Assembly: GCA_963775425.1 (NCBI GenBank)
Contig: CAVZJB010000005.1
Coordinates: 128,001-192,000 of the forward strand
Source: an uncultured delta proteobacterium
GTDB taxonomy: Bacteria; Myxococcota; UBA727; VGSZ01
Reading direction: 5' to 3'
DNA: 64,000 nt
Shown here: in pieces, positions 31,467 to 41,423 of the stretch
How positions within the stretch are numbered: position 1 is the stretch's first letter
Layout: each line of letters opens with the position of its first letter
The notes under the pieces: model-generated
What the model was told of the DNA's origin: nothing
The model's input: the letters and a program-made list of their open reading frames with translations, nothing else
Databases searched by the model: none
Program-made: the position numbers and the translations under genes

Positions 31467-32126
31467 ATGTCAAAGACCATCGGTGTGATCCTCTCCGGAG
31501 CGGGCTTCCTCGACGGCGCGGAGATCCAGGAGGCGGTCCTGGCGCTCCTGGCCATCGATCGCGCGGGCGCGGTGGCCCGCATCTACGCGCCCGACGTCAC
31601 CCTGTTGGAGATCGACCACCGCACCGGCGAGCCCACCGGGGCCGAGCGCAGCGTGCTCGCGGAGTCCGCGCGCATCGCCCGCGGCAAGATCGGCGACCTG
31701 GCGTCCGTGAAGGGCACCGACGTCGACGGCTGGGTGCTGCCGGGCGGGTACGGCGCCGCGAAGAACCTCTCCGACTTCGCGTCCAGGGGCGCGCAGGCCA
31801 CGGTGAACAAGGACGTCTCCCGCGTGCTCCGCGAGGCGCTCGCCGCACACATCCCGGTCGGCGCCTGCTGCATCGCGCCCGCCGTCGTGGCGGCGGCGGC
31901 CAAGCAGGCCTCCACGCGGCTGCGCTTGACCATCGGCAACGATCCCGACACGGCCAAGCAGATCGCGTCCATGGGCCACACCCACGTCGAGTGCCCCGTC
32001 GACGACGTCGTCATCGACGGCGATCGCAAGGTGGTGACCGCGCCCGCGTACATGCTGGACGCGCCCATCTCGGGCGTCGCCGCGGGCATCACCAAGATGG
32101 TCGATCAGGTCATCGCGTGGGCGTGA
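31467..32126 (+). CDS. elbB: glyoxalase ElbB (ES1/DJ-1 family)
   Basis: LSG.G..DG.EI.EAV, R.VL.ESARIARG, PGG.GAAKNL, CIAP, LTIG.D and T.PAYM. Confidence 0.93.
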   Translation: MSKTIGVILSGAGFLDGAEIQEAVLALLAIDRAGAVARIYAPDVTLLEIDHRTGEPTGAERSVLAESARIARGKIGDLASVKGTDVDGWVLPGGYGAAKNLSDFASRGAQATVNKDVSRVLREALAAHIPVGACCIAPAVVAAAAKQASTRLRLTIGNDPDTAKQIASMGHTHVECPVDDVVIDGDRKVVTAPAYMLDAPISGVAAGITKMVDQVIAWA

Positions 32127-32776
32127 GCCCGGCGTCGTCGAGGGCGCGGCGGCTCTCCTCGTGGAGCGCGCGCCTGTGGAGCGCGCCGCTGGCGGCGGTC
32201 CTCGCCGTGTCGTCGTCGGCGTGCCTGGCGCACACCCAGCCCCGGCCGAGCGAGCGCATCCAGGTGCTCGACGCCGTCGGCGTGCGCACGTTCGCCAAGG
32301 AGGGGAAGATCGTCGACGACGGTCTGCTCGGCGGCGGCCTCTACGAGATCGTGAAGGAAGACCCCGCCGCCGCCGATCAGGCCGCCGCGCACCGCACCGA
32401 CATCACCTGGTCGGTGGGCGTCGCCGGCGCGGGCATCGCGAGCGCGGCCGCCGGCGTCGGGCTCGTCGCCACCTCCGATCGCGACCTGCGCACCGCGGGT
32501 GCGGTGGCGCTCGTCGCCGCCGGCCTGTCCACGATCCCCATCGCCATCCTCCGGCTCACCGCGGACACGCACATGTGGAACGCCATCAACGCCTACAACG
32601 AGGTGGTGGAGGCGCGCCTGTCGCCGGCGACCGCCGTCGACGCGGGCTCGAAGCCGGGGCGGCCGCGCGGCGCGCACCACGCCAAGGCGCCGCGCGCGCC
32701 GTCGAAGGCGTCGACCGGGGCCGCGCCAACGAAGGCGCCGCCCGCGAAGGCGCCGGCGACGAAGCCGGGCGGGTGA
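32123..32776 (+). CDS. hypothetical lipoprotein with two TM segments
   Basis: GTG overlaps the elbB stop; SSSAC lipobox-like motif; A...YN motif; Pro/Ala/Lys tail. Confidence 0.65.
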   Translation: MSPASSRARRLSSWSARLWSAPLAAVLAVSSSACLAHTQPRPSERIQVLDAVGVRTFAKEGKIVDDGLLGGGLYEIVKEDPAAADQAAAHRTDITWSVGVAGAGIASAAAGVGLVATSDRDLRTAGAVALVAAGLSTIPIAILRLTADTHMWNAINAYNEVVEARLSPATAVDAGSKPGRPRGAHHAKAPRAPSKASTGAAPTKAPPAKAPATKPGG

Positions 32777-32789
32777 TCGCCGCCGGGCC

Positions 32790-33728
32790 ATGTACATCAT
32801 CGAGCTCTTCCCCGTCGCGCCGCTTGAGGCCGCCGACGTCGACGGAGCGCTCGCCGTCGCGCTCGACGCCGATCAGCCGGGCGCCGCGCGGGTCGTCGTG
32901 TTCCACAAGCTGCGCGGCGCGCCGCCCGCGCGCCGCGAGGAGGTCGCGCGCGCGCTCGTGACCGTGCTCAACGAGCCGCGCAACTGGATCCCCAGCGAGG
33001 CCCTCCTGTGCATCGACGCGCTCGCGCCCGACGTCGTCATCGGCGTCGACGGGCGCGGCCTCGTCGCCGCCGGCGACACGCGCGCCGGCGATCTCGTCGA
33101 CGACGGCGTGCGCTTGTTCTGCCCGGTGCTCGGCCCCGTCGCCACCCCGCGCGAGCTCGGCGCGCTGTCCACGCTCGCGTCGCTGCCGTGGCGCGCGCAC
33201 ACGCCGTCGGCGCTCATCGTCGAGGTGAACGGCGTCCGCCGCGTGGTGCCATGGCTCGACGTCACGTCGCTGCAGGCGCCGCACGGCTTCCGGCTCGAGG
33301 CGCGCCCCGGTGACGTCGTCCTGACCGCCGAAGCCGGCGTGCGCGTCAACGGGCAGCGCCTGCCGCCGAAGGTGAGCACCCGCCGCATCGTCCCCGGTGA
33401 CGTCGTCGAGTCGGGCCCGATGCGGGCGCGTCTCATCGAGAGCGTCGAGCATGCGCACCTGCGCGGCATCGTCGCCGTCGCAGGCGCCGGCCGCGTCGCC
33501 GTCGGCAACGCCGTCGCCTTCGCCGGCCACCACGTCGCCGTGCTCGGCGCGCGCGAGGTCGCGGTGGTCTGCGCCGGCGCGGCCGGTCGGGTGCCGCTCC
33601 CGCCGGAGCGCGTCGCCGAGGGCGCCGAGATCGTGGTCGATCGCGTGGGCCCGCACGAGGTGGTGCTCGCGCGGAGGCCTCGCGAGCAGGAGGTCGTGAT
33701 CGTCCGCCCCTCGTCGGGGCCTGCCTGA
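32790..33728 (+). CDS. hypothetical protein with a degenerate FHA-like segment
   Basis: ATG at 32790; GVRVNG.......R.I.PGDVV..G resembles an FHA C-terminus. Confidence 0.55.
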   Translation: MYIIELFPVAPLEAADVDGALAVALDADQPGAARVVVFHKLRGAPPARREEVARALVTVLNEPRNWIPSEALLCIDALAPDVVIGVDGRGLVAAGDTRAGDLVDDGVRLFCPVLGPVATPRELGALSTLASLPWRAHTPSALIVEVNGVRRVVPWLDVTSLQAPHGFRLEARPGDVVLTAEAGVRVNGQRLPPKVSTRRIVPGDVVESGPMRARLIESVEHAHLRGIVAVAGAGRVAVGNAVAFAGHHVAVLGAREVAVVCAGAAGRVPLPPERVAEGAEIVVDRVGPHEVVLARRPREQEVVIVRPSSGPA

Positions 33729-33746
33729 AGCGGTACGACAGGGGGG

Positions 33747-34637
33747 ATGGCGGCGCGCCTCGTCCTCCCGGCCATGCTCGCGCTCGCCGCGCCCGCGCAC
33801 GCGACGCCGGAGCCGGCGCCGGCGCAGATCACCGTCACCGCGCCGGGCACCGTCGTCACGAGCACGGTGCGCGGCAAGGACAAGGACCGCTACGAGCTGC
33901 GCGTCGCCGACAGGGGCACCTTGCTCGTCACCGTCGTCGCCGTCTGCGGCCCTGCGCCGCGCGGGGTGCTGAAGACGGACGACGGCCACACCATCCGCCA
34001 CGTCGATCGGCACGGGCGAACGTGGGCGCGCCCGCCGGCCGAGACCGTGCTCGTCCTCGAGATCAAGCCGCGCCTCGCCGACGAGCCGAGCACCTACCAG
34101 CTCACCGTCGCCATCAACGTCGACCGCCCCCGGCCCGAGCGCAGCAAGCCCCGGCCGGCGCGGCCGCGCGACATCGTGCGCGTGCCGAACGTGACCGGCC
34201 TCGATCACCTCGAGCGCGTCACCGTCGGCGGCCTCGCCACCGAGTACGTCGTCAGCGGCCGCGACGTCCTCGTCACCATCCCCGCGTTCGCCGCCGAAGG
34301 TCGCATCAAGCTCGGCTTCGACAACCAGCCGCCGGTCACCTGGGACGTCCGGCTCATCGGCATCGAGCCCGTGCGCGACGACGTCGTCACCGGCGCCTGC
34401 AAGGGCGCGGACGGCGGCGCGCAGCCGGGCTGCCTCAAGATCCGCGTGACACCCGTGGTGGGCACCGCGTGGCTGCGGGCGATGGCCCACGCGGTCGACG
34501 CCGACATCGCGACGCACATCGTGAAGACCGGTGAGGTCGAGCTCAAGCTGCGCCTGCCGTCGGCGGAGAGCTACACGCTGGAGACGCTGCATATGATGCC
34601 GGGCGTCCTGTCGGCGGTCAGCGAAAGCGGGACGTAG
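33747..34637 (+). CDS. hypothetical secreted multi-domain beta protein
   Basis: Signal peptide (AHA-T); PPC-like D.Y.L...G.L.V and IPT/TIG-like V.VGG.......S...V.V.IP segments. Confidence 0.65.
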   Translation: MAARLVLPAMLALAAPAHATPEPAPAQITVTAPGTVVTSTVRGKDKDRYELRVADRGTLLVTVVAVCGPAPRGVLKTDDGHTIRHVDRHGRTWARPPAETVLVLEIKPRLADEPSTYQLTVAINVDRPRPERSKPRPARPRDIVRVPNVTGLDHLERVTVGGLATEYVVSGRDVLVTIPAFAAEGRIKLGFDNQPPVTWDVRLIGIEPVRDDVVTGACKGADGGAQPGCLKIRVTPVVGTAWLRAMAHAVDADIATHIVKTGEVELKLRLPSAESYTLETLHMMPGVLSAVSESGT

Positions 34638-34713
34638 AACAGCGGGCTCGGGGGCGGGGGTCGACGCGCGGCAGGGTTGCGCGTCGCCACGGTGGAGGCA
34701 CTACGATGCGCTC

Positions 34714-35376
34714 GTGACAAGCAGCGCGCTCGTGCTTTGGGACATCGACGGCACGCTGGTCGACGTGCACGGCTCCGGCCGGCGGGCGTTCGCCCTCGCC
34801 CTCGAGCGCACGTGGGGCGTCAAGGACGACCTCGCCGGCGTGCGCTTCGCGGGCGCCACGGACCTCGGCGTGCTCTCCGCGCTGCGGGGCCGGGGCGGGC
34901 TGGCGCTCGATCCCGCGCATGACGGGCGCTTCTTCGAGGTGATGTGCGCCACGCTCGCCGAGCTGCTCGCGGCGGCGCCCGCGGACGCGCGCCCGGGCGC
35001 GGTGGCCGCCGTCGACGCGCTCCACGCACGGGGCGCCGTACAAGGCCTCGTGACCGGGAACGGCCGCCGCTGCGCCTACGAGAAGCTGCGCTCCGCGGGT
35101 CTCGACGGCGCGCGCTTCGGCTTCGGCGGCTTCGGCGACGAGCACGCCGACCGCGAAGAGCTCGCGGTGCGCGCGCTCGCCCGCGCGCCCGGCGGCGGCG
35201 CCGGCGCCCACGTCTTCCTCGTCGGCGACACCCCGAGCGACATCCGCGCCGCGCGGCGCATCGGCGCCGTCGCGGTGGCCGTCGCCGGCTTCGCCTATGA
35301 CCGGAGCGCGCTCGCCGCCGCCGGCGCGGACCACGTGCTCGACGACCTCAGCGGCCTCACCGACGTCGTGCGCTGA
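34714..35376 (+). CDS. HAD-family hydrolase (phosphoglycolate-phosphatase-like)
   Basis: LWDIDGTL, LVTGN, GGFGD and VGDTPSD. Confidence 0.92.
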   Translation: MTSSALVLWDIDGTLVDVHGSGRRAFALALERTWGVKDDLAGVRFAGATDLGVLSALRGRGGLALDPAHDGRFFEVMCATLAELLAAAPADARPGAVAAVDALHARGAVQGLVTGNGRRCAYEKLRSAGLDGARFGFGGFGDEHADREELAVRALARAPGGGAGAHVFLVGDTPSDIRAARRIGAVAVAVAGFAYDRSALAAAGADHVLDDLSGLTDVVR

Positions 35377-35403
35377 TCCGGCGACGAGCGGCCGACACGC
35401 CGC

Positions 35404-37644
35404 TCAATCCAGATCGCTGAGGCCGAGCCTTCGCCACAGGCGCGACAGCGGTGCCGGCGCCCACCAGTTCCACTTGCCCATCAGGCGCATCGCCGCCGGC
35501 ACCAACAGCGCGCGGATGACGGTGGCGTCGAGGGCGATGGCGAGCGCCATGCCCACGCCGAGCGTCTTCATGAACAGGATGTCCGACGTGGCGAACGCCC
35601 CGATGACGACGACGAGGAGCGCGGCCGCGCTCGTGATCAGCCGCCCGGTGCGGGCGAGGCCGCGGGCGACCGACGCGGTGTTGTCGCCGGTGCGCACGTA
35701 CTCTTCGCGCACGCGCGTCAGGAGGAGGACCTCGTAATCCATGGACAGGCCGAAGACGACGGCGAACATCAGCAGGGGTTGCGTGGCGTCGGAGATGCCG
35801 AGCGGCGTGTAGTGCAGCAGCTTGGTGAAGCGACCGTCCTGGAAGATCCACACCATGGCGCCGAAGCTCGCCGTCAACGACAGCGAGTTCATGATCATCG
35901 CCTTGATGGGCAACGTCACCGAGCCGAACACGACGAACAACACGATGAACATGATGCACGCCACCACGAGCACCATCAGCGGTGCCCCGTGGTGGATGCC
36001 CTGCTTCAAGTCGTAGAGGATGGCGGCCACGCCGCCCACCTCGAGCTTCCAGCCCGGCGGCGGCCGCAGGGCGCGCAGCTCCTTCACCTGCGCCAACGAC
36101 CGCGCCGTGTTGAAGTCGTCGGCGCACACCACGGCGAAGCGCACGGCGTTGCCCTTGGTGAAGATGTCCAGCGCCGCGAGGACGTTCGGGTCCTGCTCCG
36201 CCCGCGGCTTGCTGAGGACGTCGATGACCTTGTCCTTGCCGACGGCGTCGGCGCCCGAGAAGATGCCTTGCACGTCGACGACGCCGTCCATGTGCTTCAT
36301 CTTCTGCGCGAGCGTCCAGAGCTTCTCGAGGTTGCCGCGCGACAGCGCCGGGCCCTGCGTGTGAACGAGCACGTCGTGGGGCGAGGCCTGGTGCGACTCG
36401 AAGTCCCGATCGAGGACCTCCATGGTCTCGCGAGGCGGCGCGCCCACGGGCAGGATCTTGTGGTCGGGGATGGACGGGTCGAGGCGCGAGAACGGCTCCG
36501 CGAGCATCAGCAGCGGCACGGTGACCGCCACCGCCACGAGCACCGGGCGCTTCATCACGCCCATGGCCACCGCGTTCCAGAAGCCCTTGCCCTCGACGAT
36601 CTTGTGGTTGCCGAACGCGAACGGCAGGCGCAGCGCATCGATGCGGTCGCCGAGGATGGCGAGCAACGCGGGCAAGAGCGTGAGCGCCAGCATGACGGCG
36701 CCGAGCGTGACGGCGATGCCGCCGAGCGCGATGGAGCGCAGGTACATCTGCGGAAACGCGAACAGGCCGCACAGCGACGCGGCGACGGTGACGCCGGAGA
36801 AGGCCACGGCCCGGCCGGTGGTGGCGACGGCCCGCTCGACGGCGCCGGCCACGCCGCGCTCGGGCAGCTCCTCGCGCGTGCGGCTCACGATGAACAGCGA
36901 GTAGTCGATGGCGAGCCCGAGCCCGAAGATGGTGACGGTGTTGGCCGCAAAGATGGACAGGTCCGTGACCATGGTGATGAGCCGCATGGCCATGAACGCG
37001 AACGCCATCGCCATGGCGCCGAGCACGAGCGGCATGCTCGCCGACGCGCCGCTGCCGAAGATCACCAGAAGCAGCACCGCGGTGATGGGGAACGCGAGCA
37101 TCTCGGCGCGGCGTAGATCGCTCTCAATGGTGGTGTAGAGCGACTTGTTGACGGGGACGAAGCCGGCGAAGGCGACGTTCAAGCCCTCCACCTGGAACTT
37201 GGGCTTGAGGCGCTCGAAGACCTCGGCCTTGTGCTGGTCGTCGCCGGAGAGGTTCACCACCACGAACGTCTTGGTGCGGTCCTTGGACACGAGCGCGGTG
37301 GCGCCGGTGGTGTAGTAGGAGATGACGCGGACGACGTCCTTGTCCTTCTCGACGCCGTCGAGCGCGCCGAGCACGCCCGTGAGCATCTCGATGTCGTCGA
37401 CGTTGCCGCTCGGCGTCGAGTAGAGCGCGATGACGTCGGCGACGCCGACGTGCAGATCCTTGATGAGCTCACCGCGCACGCGCCACGACTCGGCGCCGGG
37501 ATCTTCGAAGCCGCCCGCGCGCAGGAGCGTCAGCACCGGCGAGCCGAGCCAGAGCACGAACGGCAGGAGCGCCAGGTAGGTGGCCACGATCCACCAGCGC
37601 CGGTGGACCGCGATGCGCCCGAGCGCCGCGAAGGGTCCCTGCAT
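35404..37644 (-). CDS. MMPL (RND-family) transporter
   Basis: GLGLAIDYSLF..SR.REE, TTGRAV.FSG, FGLSMDYEV.LL.RVREE and LDAT.IR.LLVPA. Confidence 0.95.
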   Translation of the reverse strand: MQGPFAALGRIAVHRRWWIVATYLALLPFVLWLGSPVLTLLRAGGFEDPGAESWRVRGELIKDLHVGVADVIALYSTPSGNVDDIEMLTGVLGALDGVEKDKDVVRVISYYTTGATALVSKDRTKTFVVVNLSGDDQHKAEVFERLKPKFQVEGLNVAFAGFVPVNKSLYTTIESDLRRAEMLAFPITAVLLLVIFGSGASASMPLVLGAMAMAFAFMAMRLITMVTDLSIFAANTVTIFGLGLAIDYSLFIVSRTREELPERGVAGAVERAVATTGRAVAFSGVTVAASLCGLFAFPQMYLRSIALGGIAVTLGAVMLALTLLPALLAILGDRIDALRLPFAFGNHKIVEGKGFWNAVAMGVMKRPVLVAVAVTVPLLMLAEPFSRLDPSIPDHKILPVGAPPRETMEVLDRDFESHQASPHDVLVHTQGPALSRGNLEKLWTLAQKMKHMDGVVDVQGIFSGADAVGKDKVIDVLSKPRAEQDPNVLAALDIFTKGNAVRFAVVCADDFNTARSLAQVKELRALRPPPGWKLEVGGVAAILYDLKQGIHHGAPLMVLVVACIMFIVLFVVFGSVTLPIKAMIMNSLSLTASFGAMVWIFQDGRFTKLLHYTPLGISDATQPLLMFAVVFGLSMDYEVLLLTRVREEYVRTGDNTASVARGLARTGRLITSAAALLVVVIGAFATSDILFMKTLGVGMALAIALDATVIRALLVPAAMRLMGKWNWWAPAPLSRLWRRLGLSDLD

Positions 37645-37727
37645 CGACGGGCACGATAGCGGATCGCCGATGCGCATGGGGCGCGCCTGCCCCGGGCGCG
37701 CCTCGTGGCGCGCGTGTCCGGAGCGCC

Positions 37728-39128
37728 TCAGGGCCGCAGGAGCCAGATGCCGGCGTTGGCGCCGGCGCGCACCGACCAGGCGACGTCGTCGCCGGCGACG
37801 TCGAAGCGGTCGACGTTGATCTGGACGAGCTCCGCGGTGGCTTCTCCGGGGCGCAGGATGCGCAGGTGATCCGTGGTGTCGATGAACGCCACGGCGCCCG
37901 CCGGCGTGATCTGCGCCTTGCGCACGTCGCTGCCGGCCGCGCGCACGGCGTCGCCGTCGAACACGCGGAGCGTCCCCGCCGTGTGGCCGCCGTCGAGCAG
38001 CGCCACGCCGTCGCGGAACCAGAAGCGGCCGTCGGGCGTGACGCCCTCGGCGAGGGCGGCGCCGCCGAGGTCGACGGCGCCGGAGCCGTCGAGGGCGGCC
38101 GCGCCGAGCGTCATGCGGCCGGCGAGGTCGATGGCGCTCGCGTACACCACGTGGCGCGCCGTGACCGCCACGAGGTCCTCTGCGCCTGCGGCGCTCAGGC
38201 CGGCCGCGCGCGCCGCCGCGGCGTCGAGCACCGTCGCGCGCCCGGAGCCGTCGAGGTCGACGCGGCCGACGCCACCGGCGTCGTCGATGAAGAGCACCGA
38301 GCGATCATCGCTCGTGACCAGGAACCGCGTGTCGCGCACCTGCGTCGCGAGCGCCACGGCGGGGCCGCCCGCCACGGGGAGCACCGCGAGGTCGGCGATC
38401 TCGCCGCGCTCGTTCACGCCGACGATCACGTGAGCGCCGTCGCCCGTCACCGCCGTCTCGTTGGCGGCGCCGTCGCCCACGAGCTCCCGCACGTCGCCGT
38501 CGTCGTACACGCGCACCACCTTGCGCACGCCGCCGGCGCCGTCGGGGATGTTGGCCCCGAGGATGAGCGCGCCGCCGGAGGTGAAGCGCGCCTTCTCCCG
38601 GTGCGCGCCGGGGACGACGCGCTCACCGTCGAGGAAGAGGTCCTCGGTGCCGGCGGCCTTGTCGAGGCGCTCCTCGTGATAGAGGTGCGCGCCGTCGGCG
38701 GTGGCCGTGATGTTGTCGATGCGCACCGGCGTCGCGGCGCTCCCGAGCGGCGCCACCGTCCCGTCCACCGCCCGCAGGCGCACGTCGGCGGCGACGGCGT
38801 CGGCGGCGTCGAGCCCCGCGAGCGACACCACCAGGCCCGCGTCCCGCGCCGGCATCTGCGCGTCGTCGACGTGCCCCGCGATCTTCGCGCCGTCGACGGG
38901 CGCGCCCCCGCCGAGCGGCGCGAAGAACAGCGCGCCCAGCCGGTCCACGTATGCCACCCCCGCCGCCGACGCGTCCTCGAGCCGAAGGCCGGCGCCGGCG
39001 ACCAACAGCCCTTCGCGCGCGCAGCCCCCGAGCGCGCAGCCCGCGACCGCGTGCCCTCCGATCAGGAGCGCGGTCACGACGAGGGAGGCCGTGCGCCTCG
39101 AGCCGCTCCGACGTTGCTCGAGCTTCAC
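37728..39128 (-). CDS. beta-propeller-like lipoprotein
   Basis: Lipobox LGGC; repeated T.DG/LDGSG blades; paralogous to 39193-40635. Confidence 0.75.
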   Translation of the reverse strand: MKLEQRRSGSRRTASLVVTALLIGGHAVAGCALGGCAREGLLVAGAGLRLEDASAAGVAYVDRLGALFFAPLGGGAPVDGAKIAGHVDDAQMPARDAGLVVSLAGLDAADAVAADVRLRAVDGTVAPLGSAATPVRIDNITATADGAHLYHEERLDKAAGTEDLFLDGERVVPGAHREKARFTSGGALILGANIPDGAGGVRKVVRVYDDGDVRELVGDGAANETAVTGDGAHVIVGVNERGEIADLAVLPVAGGPAVALATQVRDTRFLVTSDDRSVLFIDDAGGVGRVDLDGSGRATVLDAAAARAAGLSAAGAEDLVAVTARHVVYASAIDLAGRMTLGAAALDGSGAVDLGGAALAEGVTPDGRFWFRDGVALLDGGHTAGTLRVFDGDAVRAAGSDVRKAQITPAGAVAFIDTTDHLRILRPGEATAELVQINVDRFDVAGDDVAWSVRAGANAGIWLLRP

Positions 39129-39192
39129 GACGAGAGCACGGCGAGGACCGCGAGGGCCAGCGCCACGAGGACGCCGGCGCCGAGGAAGCCCT

Positions 39193-40635
39193 TCACGGGA
39201 CCTCCGCGACGAACAGGCCTTCGGTGGGGGTGGAGTACACGAGGCGGCTCGCGTCCGCCCCGGCGCCGTCGGGGATCCCGGCGACGTGGTCGACGTTCGC
39301 CGCGAGCGTCGTCAGCGACGACGTGCCGAGCGTGGCGACCTTCAGGACGCCGCTCGTGTCGATGATCGCCACCTTGGTCGCCGACAGCTTCGCCAGCTTG
39401 TCGACCCCCTGCGCCACCGTGGCCAGCGCGCCCGTTTGCGTGTCGAAGGCCTTGAGCGTGCCGCTGGTGGTGCTCGGGGTGACGCCGTCGCGGAACAGGT
39501 AGTAGCGGTCGTCCGAGCTGAAGCCGTCGTTGATGGCGCTCGCGCCGAGCGGGGTGTCCCCGCTGCCGTCGAGCGCCGCGATGCGCAGGGTGGCGAGGCC
39601 GGTGTTGGCGTCGATGGCTGCGTCGAAGGCGACGTGGGTGGCCGCGATGGCCTCGAGGTCCACGGCGCCGCCCTGCAGGATGGTGCGCCGCCCGCTGCCG
39701 TCCCGATGCACCGCCTCGATGCTGCCGCCGCCGCCGGCCGTGGTGTCCGTGAGGTACACGACCTCGACGTCGTCGACGGTGAGCTTGAACGACGCGTCGT
39801 CGCCGCCCGCGGCCTGGCTCTCGAGGACGACGGGGGCGCCGCCGCCGTCGACGTCGTGGATGGTGATGTCCACGTGGTTCTGGCTCTCGTTTTCTCCGGT
39901 GATGACCTGTGCGCCGTCGCGGGTGAGCGCGTTCTGCGTCGACGCGCCCTGGGCAACCAGGGTGACCGGCGCGCCGCCGCCGACGGGGTAGCTCTTCACC
40001 GAGCTCACCACGCCGCCCGCGCCGCCCTCGTCGTCACATGCGAGCAGCAGCCGGGCGCTGTCGGGCGTGAAGTGCTGCTCCTCTTTGGACGCCTGCTGCA
40101 CCAGTACGGCGCCGTCGAGGTGCAGGGCCTCGATGCCCTGGGACACGAAGGTCTCGAAGTACAGGTGCTCTCCGTCCGGAGACGCGTCGAGGGATTTGAC
40201 GCGGACGTTGTTGGCGAGCGACGTGACCACGCCGTCCTTCCGCTGGTCGGCGGTGACGTACACCTTCTCGGTGGCGTCGGTGGGGCCGTGCAGGGCGACG
40301 AGGAACTTGCCGTGGAACTCGGCGCGGTCGGTGAAGGGCGAAACCTGCTCGGGTGTTCCCCCGTCGGGGCCGATGACGAACAGCGTGTTGTCGCCGTCGC
40401 GGTAGGCGATCTCCGTGCCCTCCTTGTCGACGTCCTCGAGGTTCACGCCCTGGCCCGCGACGACCAGCGTCCCCGCGTTGGTGTCGCCCTCGCCCTCTCC
40501 TTCGCCCTCTCCTTCGCCCTCTCCCTCTCCCTCGCCTTCTCCTTCCCCCTCCCCCTCGCCGGCCGGCGCCGGCGGGCACCCCGCCGTGATGGCCACGAGC
40601 GTCGCCGCGAGGAGTGAGAACGTGAGTATGCGCAA
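39193..40635 (-). CDS. beta-propeller-like lipoprotein with (GE)12 linker
   Basis: TTG start after GGAGG; lipobox TAGC; SPDG/TPDS/TRDG blades. Confidence 0.8.
   Translation of the reverse strand: MRILTFSLLAATLVAITAGCPPAPAGEGEGEGEGEGEGEGEGEGEGEGEGDTNAGTLVVAGQGVNLEDVDKEGTEIAYRDGDNTLFVIGPDGGTPEQVSPFTDRAEFHGKFLVALHGPTDATEKVYVTADQRKDGVVTSLANNVRVKSLDASPDGEHLYFETFVSQGIEALHLDGAVLVQQASKEEQHFTPDSARLLLACDDEGGAGGVVSSVKSYPVGGGAPVTLVAQGASTQNALTRDGAQVITGENESQNHVDITIHDVDGGGAPVVLESQAAGGDDASFKLTVDDVEVVYLTDTTAGGGGSIEAVHRDGSGRRTILQGGAVDLEAIAATHVAFDAAIDANTGLATLRIAALDGSGDTPLGASAINDGFSSDDRYYLFRDGVTPSTTSGTLKAFDTQTGALATVAQGVDKLAKLSATKVAIIDTSGVLKVATLGTSSLTTLAANVDHVAGIPDGAGADASRLVYSTPTEGLFVAEVP
40489..40560 (-). repeat. 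(Gly-Glu)12 coding repeat
   Basis: 72 nt of degenerate GGN-GAR hexamers. Confidence 0.9.
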
Positions 40636-40675
40636 GGGAACCTCCGACGGGACTACGTCCGCGGGCGGCCCCTGC

Positions 40676-40733
40676 GATCAGCGACCGGAGGGAGCGGCCG
40701 GGCGGATGAGCGACCGGAGGGAGCGGCCGCGCG
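40676..40733. repeat. tandem 29-bp intergenic direct repeat (2 copies, REP-like)
   Basis: GATCAGCGACCGGAGGGAGCGGCCGGGCG / GATGAGCGACCGGAGGGAGCGGCCGCGCG, 27/29 identical. Confidence 0.85.
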
Positions 40734-40766
40734 ACCTGGACCGTGTGCCAGGTGTGGGCGCGGCGG

Positions 40767-41414
40767 CTACCGCAGGACGCGCTCGGCCTCGAACGCGCCG
40801 GGCGCCTGCTGGTGCAGCTCGAAGAAGACGTCGGCGATGCGATCGGGATCGAAGCGGCCGCCCTTCTCGACGATGCCGCACACGGTCACGGTGGCCGCGT
40901 GGACGCCCTGCGGGGCCAGCTCCTTGTGCAAGAGCAGCGCGAGTGAGCGCACCCCCGCCTTGCCCACCGACAGCGCCGTCATCTGCGGCCACGGCTCGAG
41001 GGCGAGGCCGCCGCCGGTGACGAGGATGCTGCCGGCGCGCCGCTCGAGCATGTGCGGCGCCACCTTCTGCGCCGCCACCAAAAAACCGACGACGTCGACG
41101 CGCAGCTCGCGCACGAGCTGCTCGGCGCCCACCGCGAAGGGCGCCCCCGGTCGCACCGTGGCGGCGTTGTAGCAGAGGACGTCGATGGCGCCGAAGGCAC
41201 GCTCGACGGCGCCGAGCGCGTCGACGATGGAGGTGCTGCGCTCGGCGTCGCACGAGAACCAGCGCGCCTCACCGCCTTCGGCGGACACCGCCTCCGCGAG
41301 CGCAGACGCGTCCTTGCGCGACAGGAGCGCCACCTGCATGCCCGCCTTGGAGAAGCGGCGCGCAAGGGCGGCGCCAATGCCCGGACCCGCACCGATGATC
41401 GCGCACACGCTCAC
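40767..41414 (-). CDS. SDR family oxidoreductase
   Basis: IIGAGPGIG, YNAA, TGGG and S.GKAG.R. Confidence 0.9.
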   Translation of the reverse strand: MSVCAIIGAGPGIGAALARRFSKAGMQVALLSRKDASALAEAVSAEGGEARWFSCDAERSTSIVDALGAVERAFGAIDVLCYNAATVRPGAPFAVGAEQLVRELRVDVVGFLVAAQKVAPHMLERRAGSILVTGGGLALEPWPQMTALSVGKAGVRSLALLLHKELAPQGVHAATVTVCGIVEKGGRFDPDRIADVFFELHQQAPGAFEAERVLR

Positions 41415-41423
41415 GTCCGCCTC

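Noticed and set aside
40676-40733. Possible mini-CRISPR array
   Set aside because: Only two adjacent units, no spacers, and no cas genes in the window.
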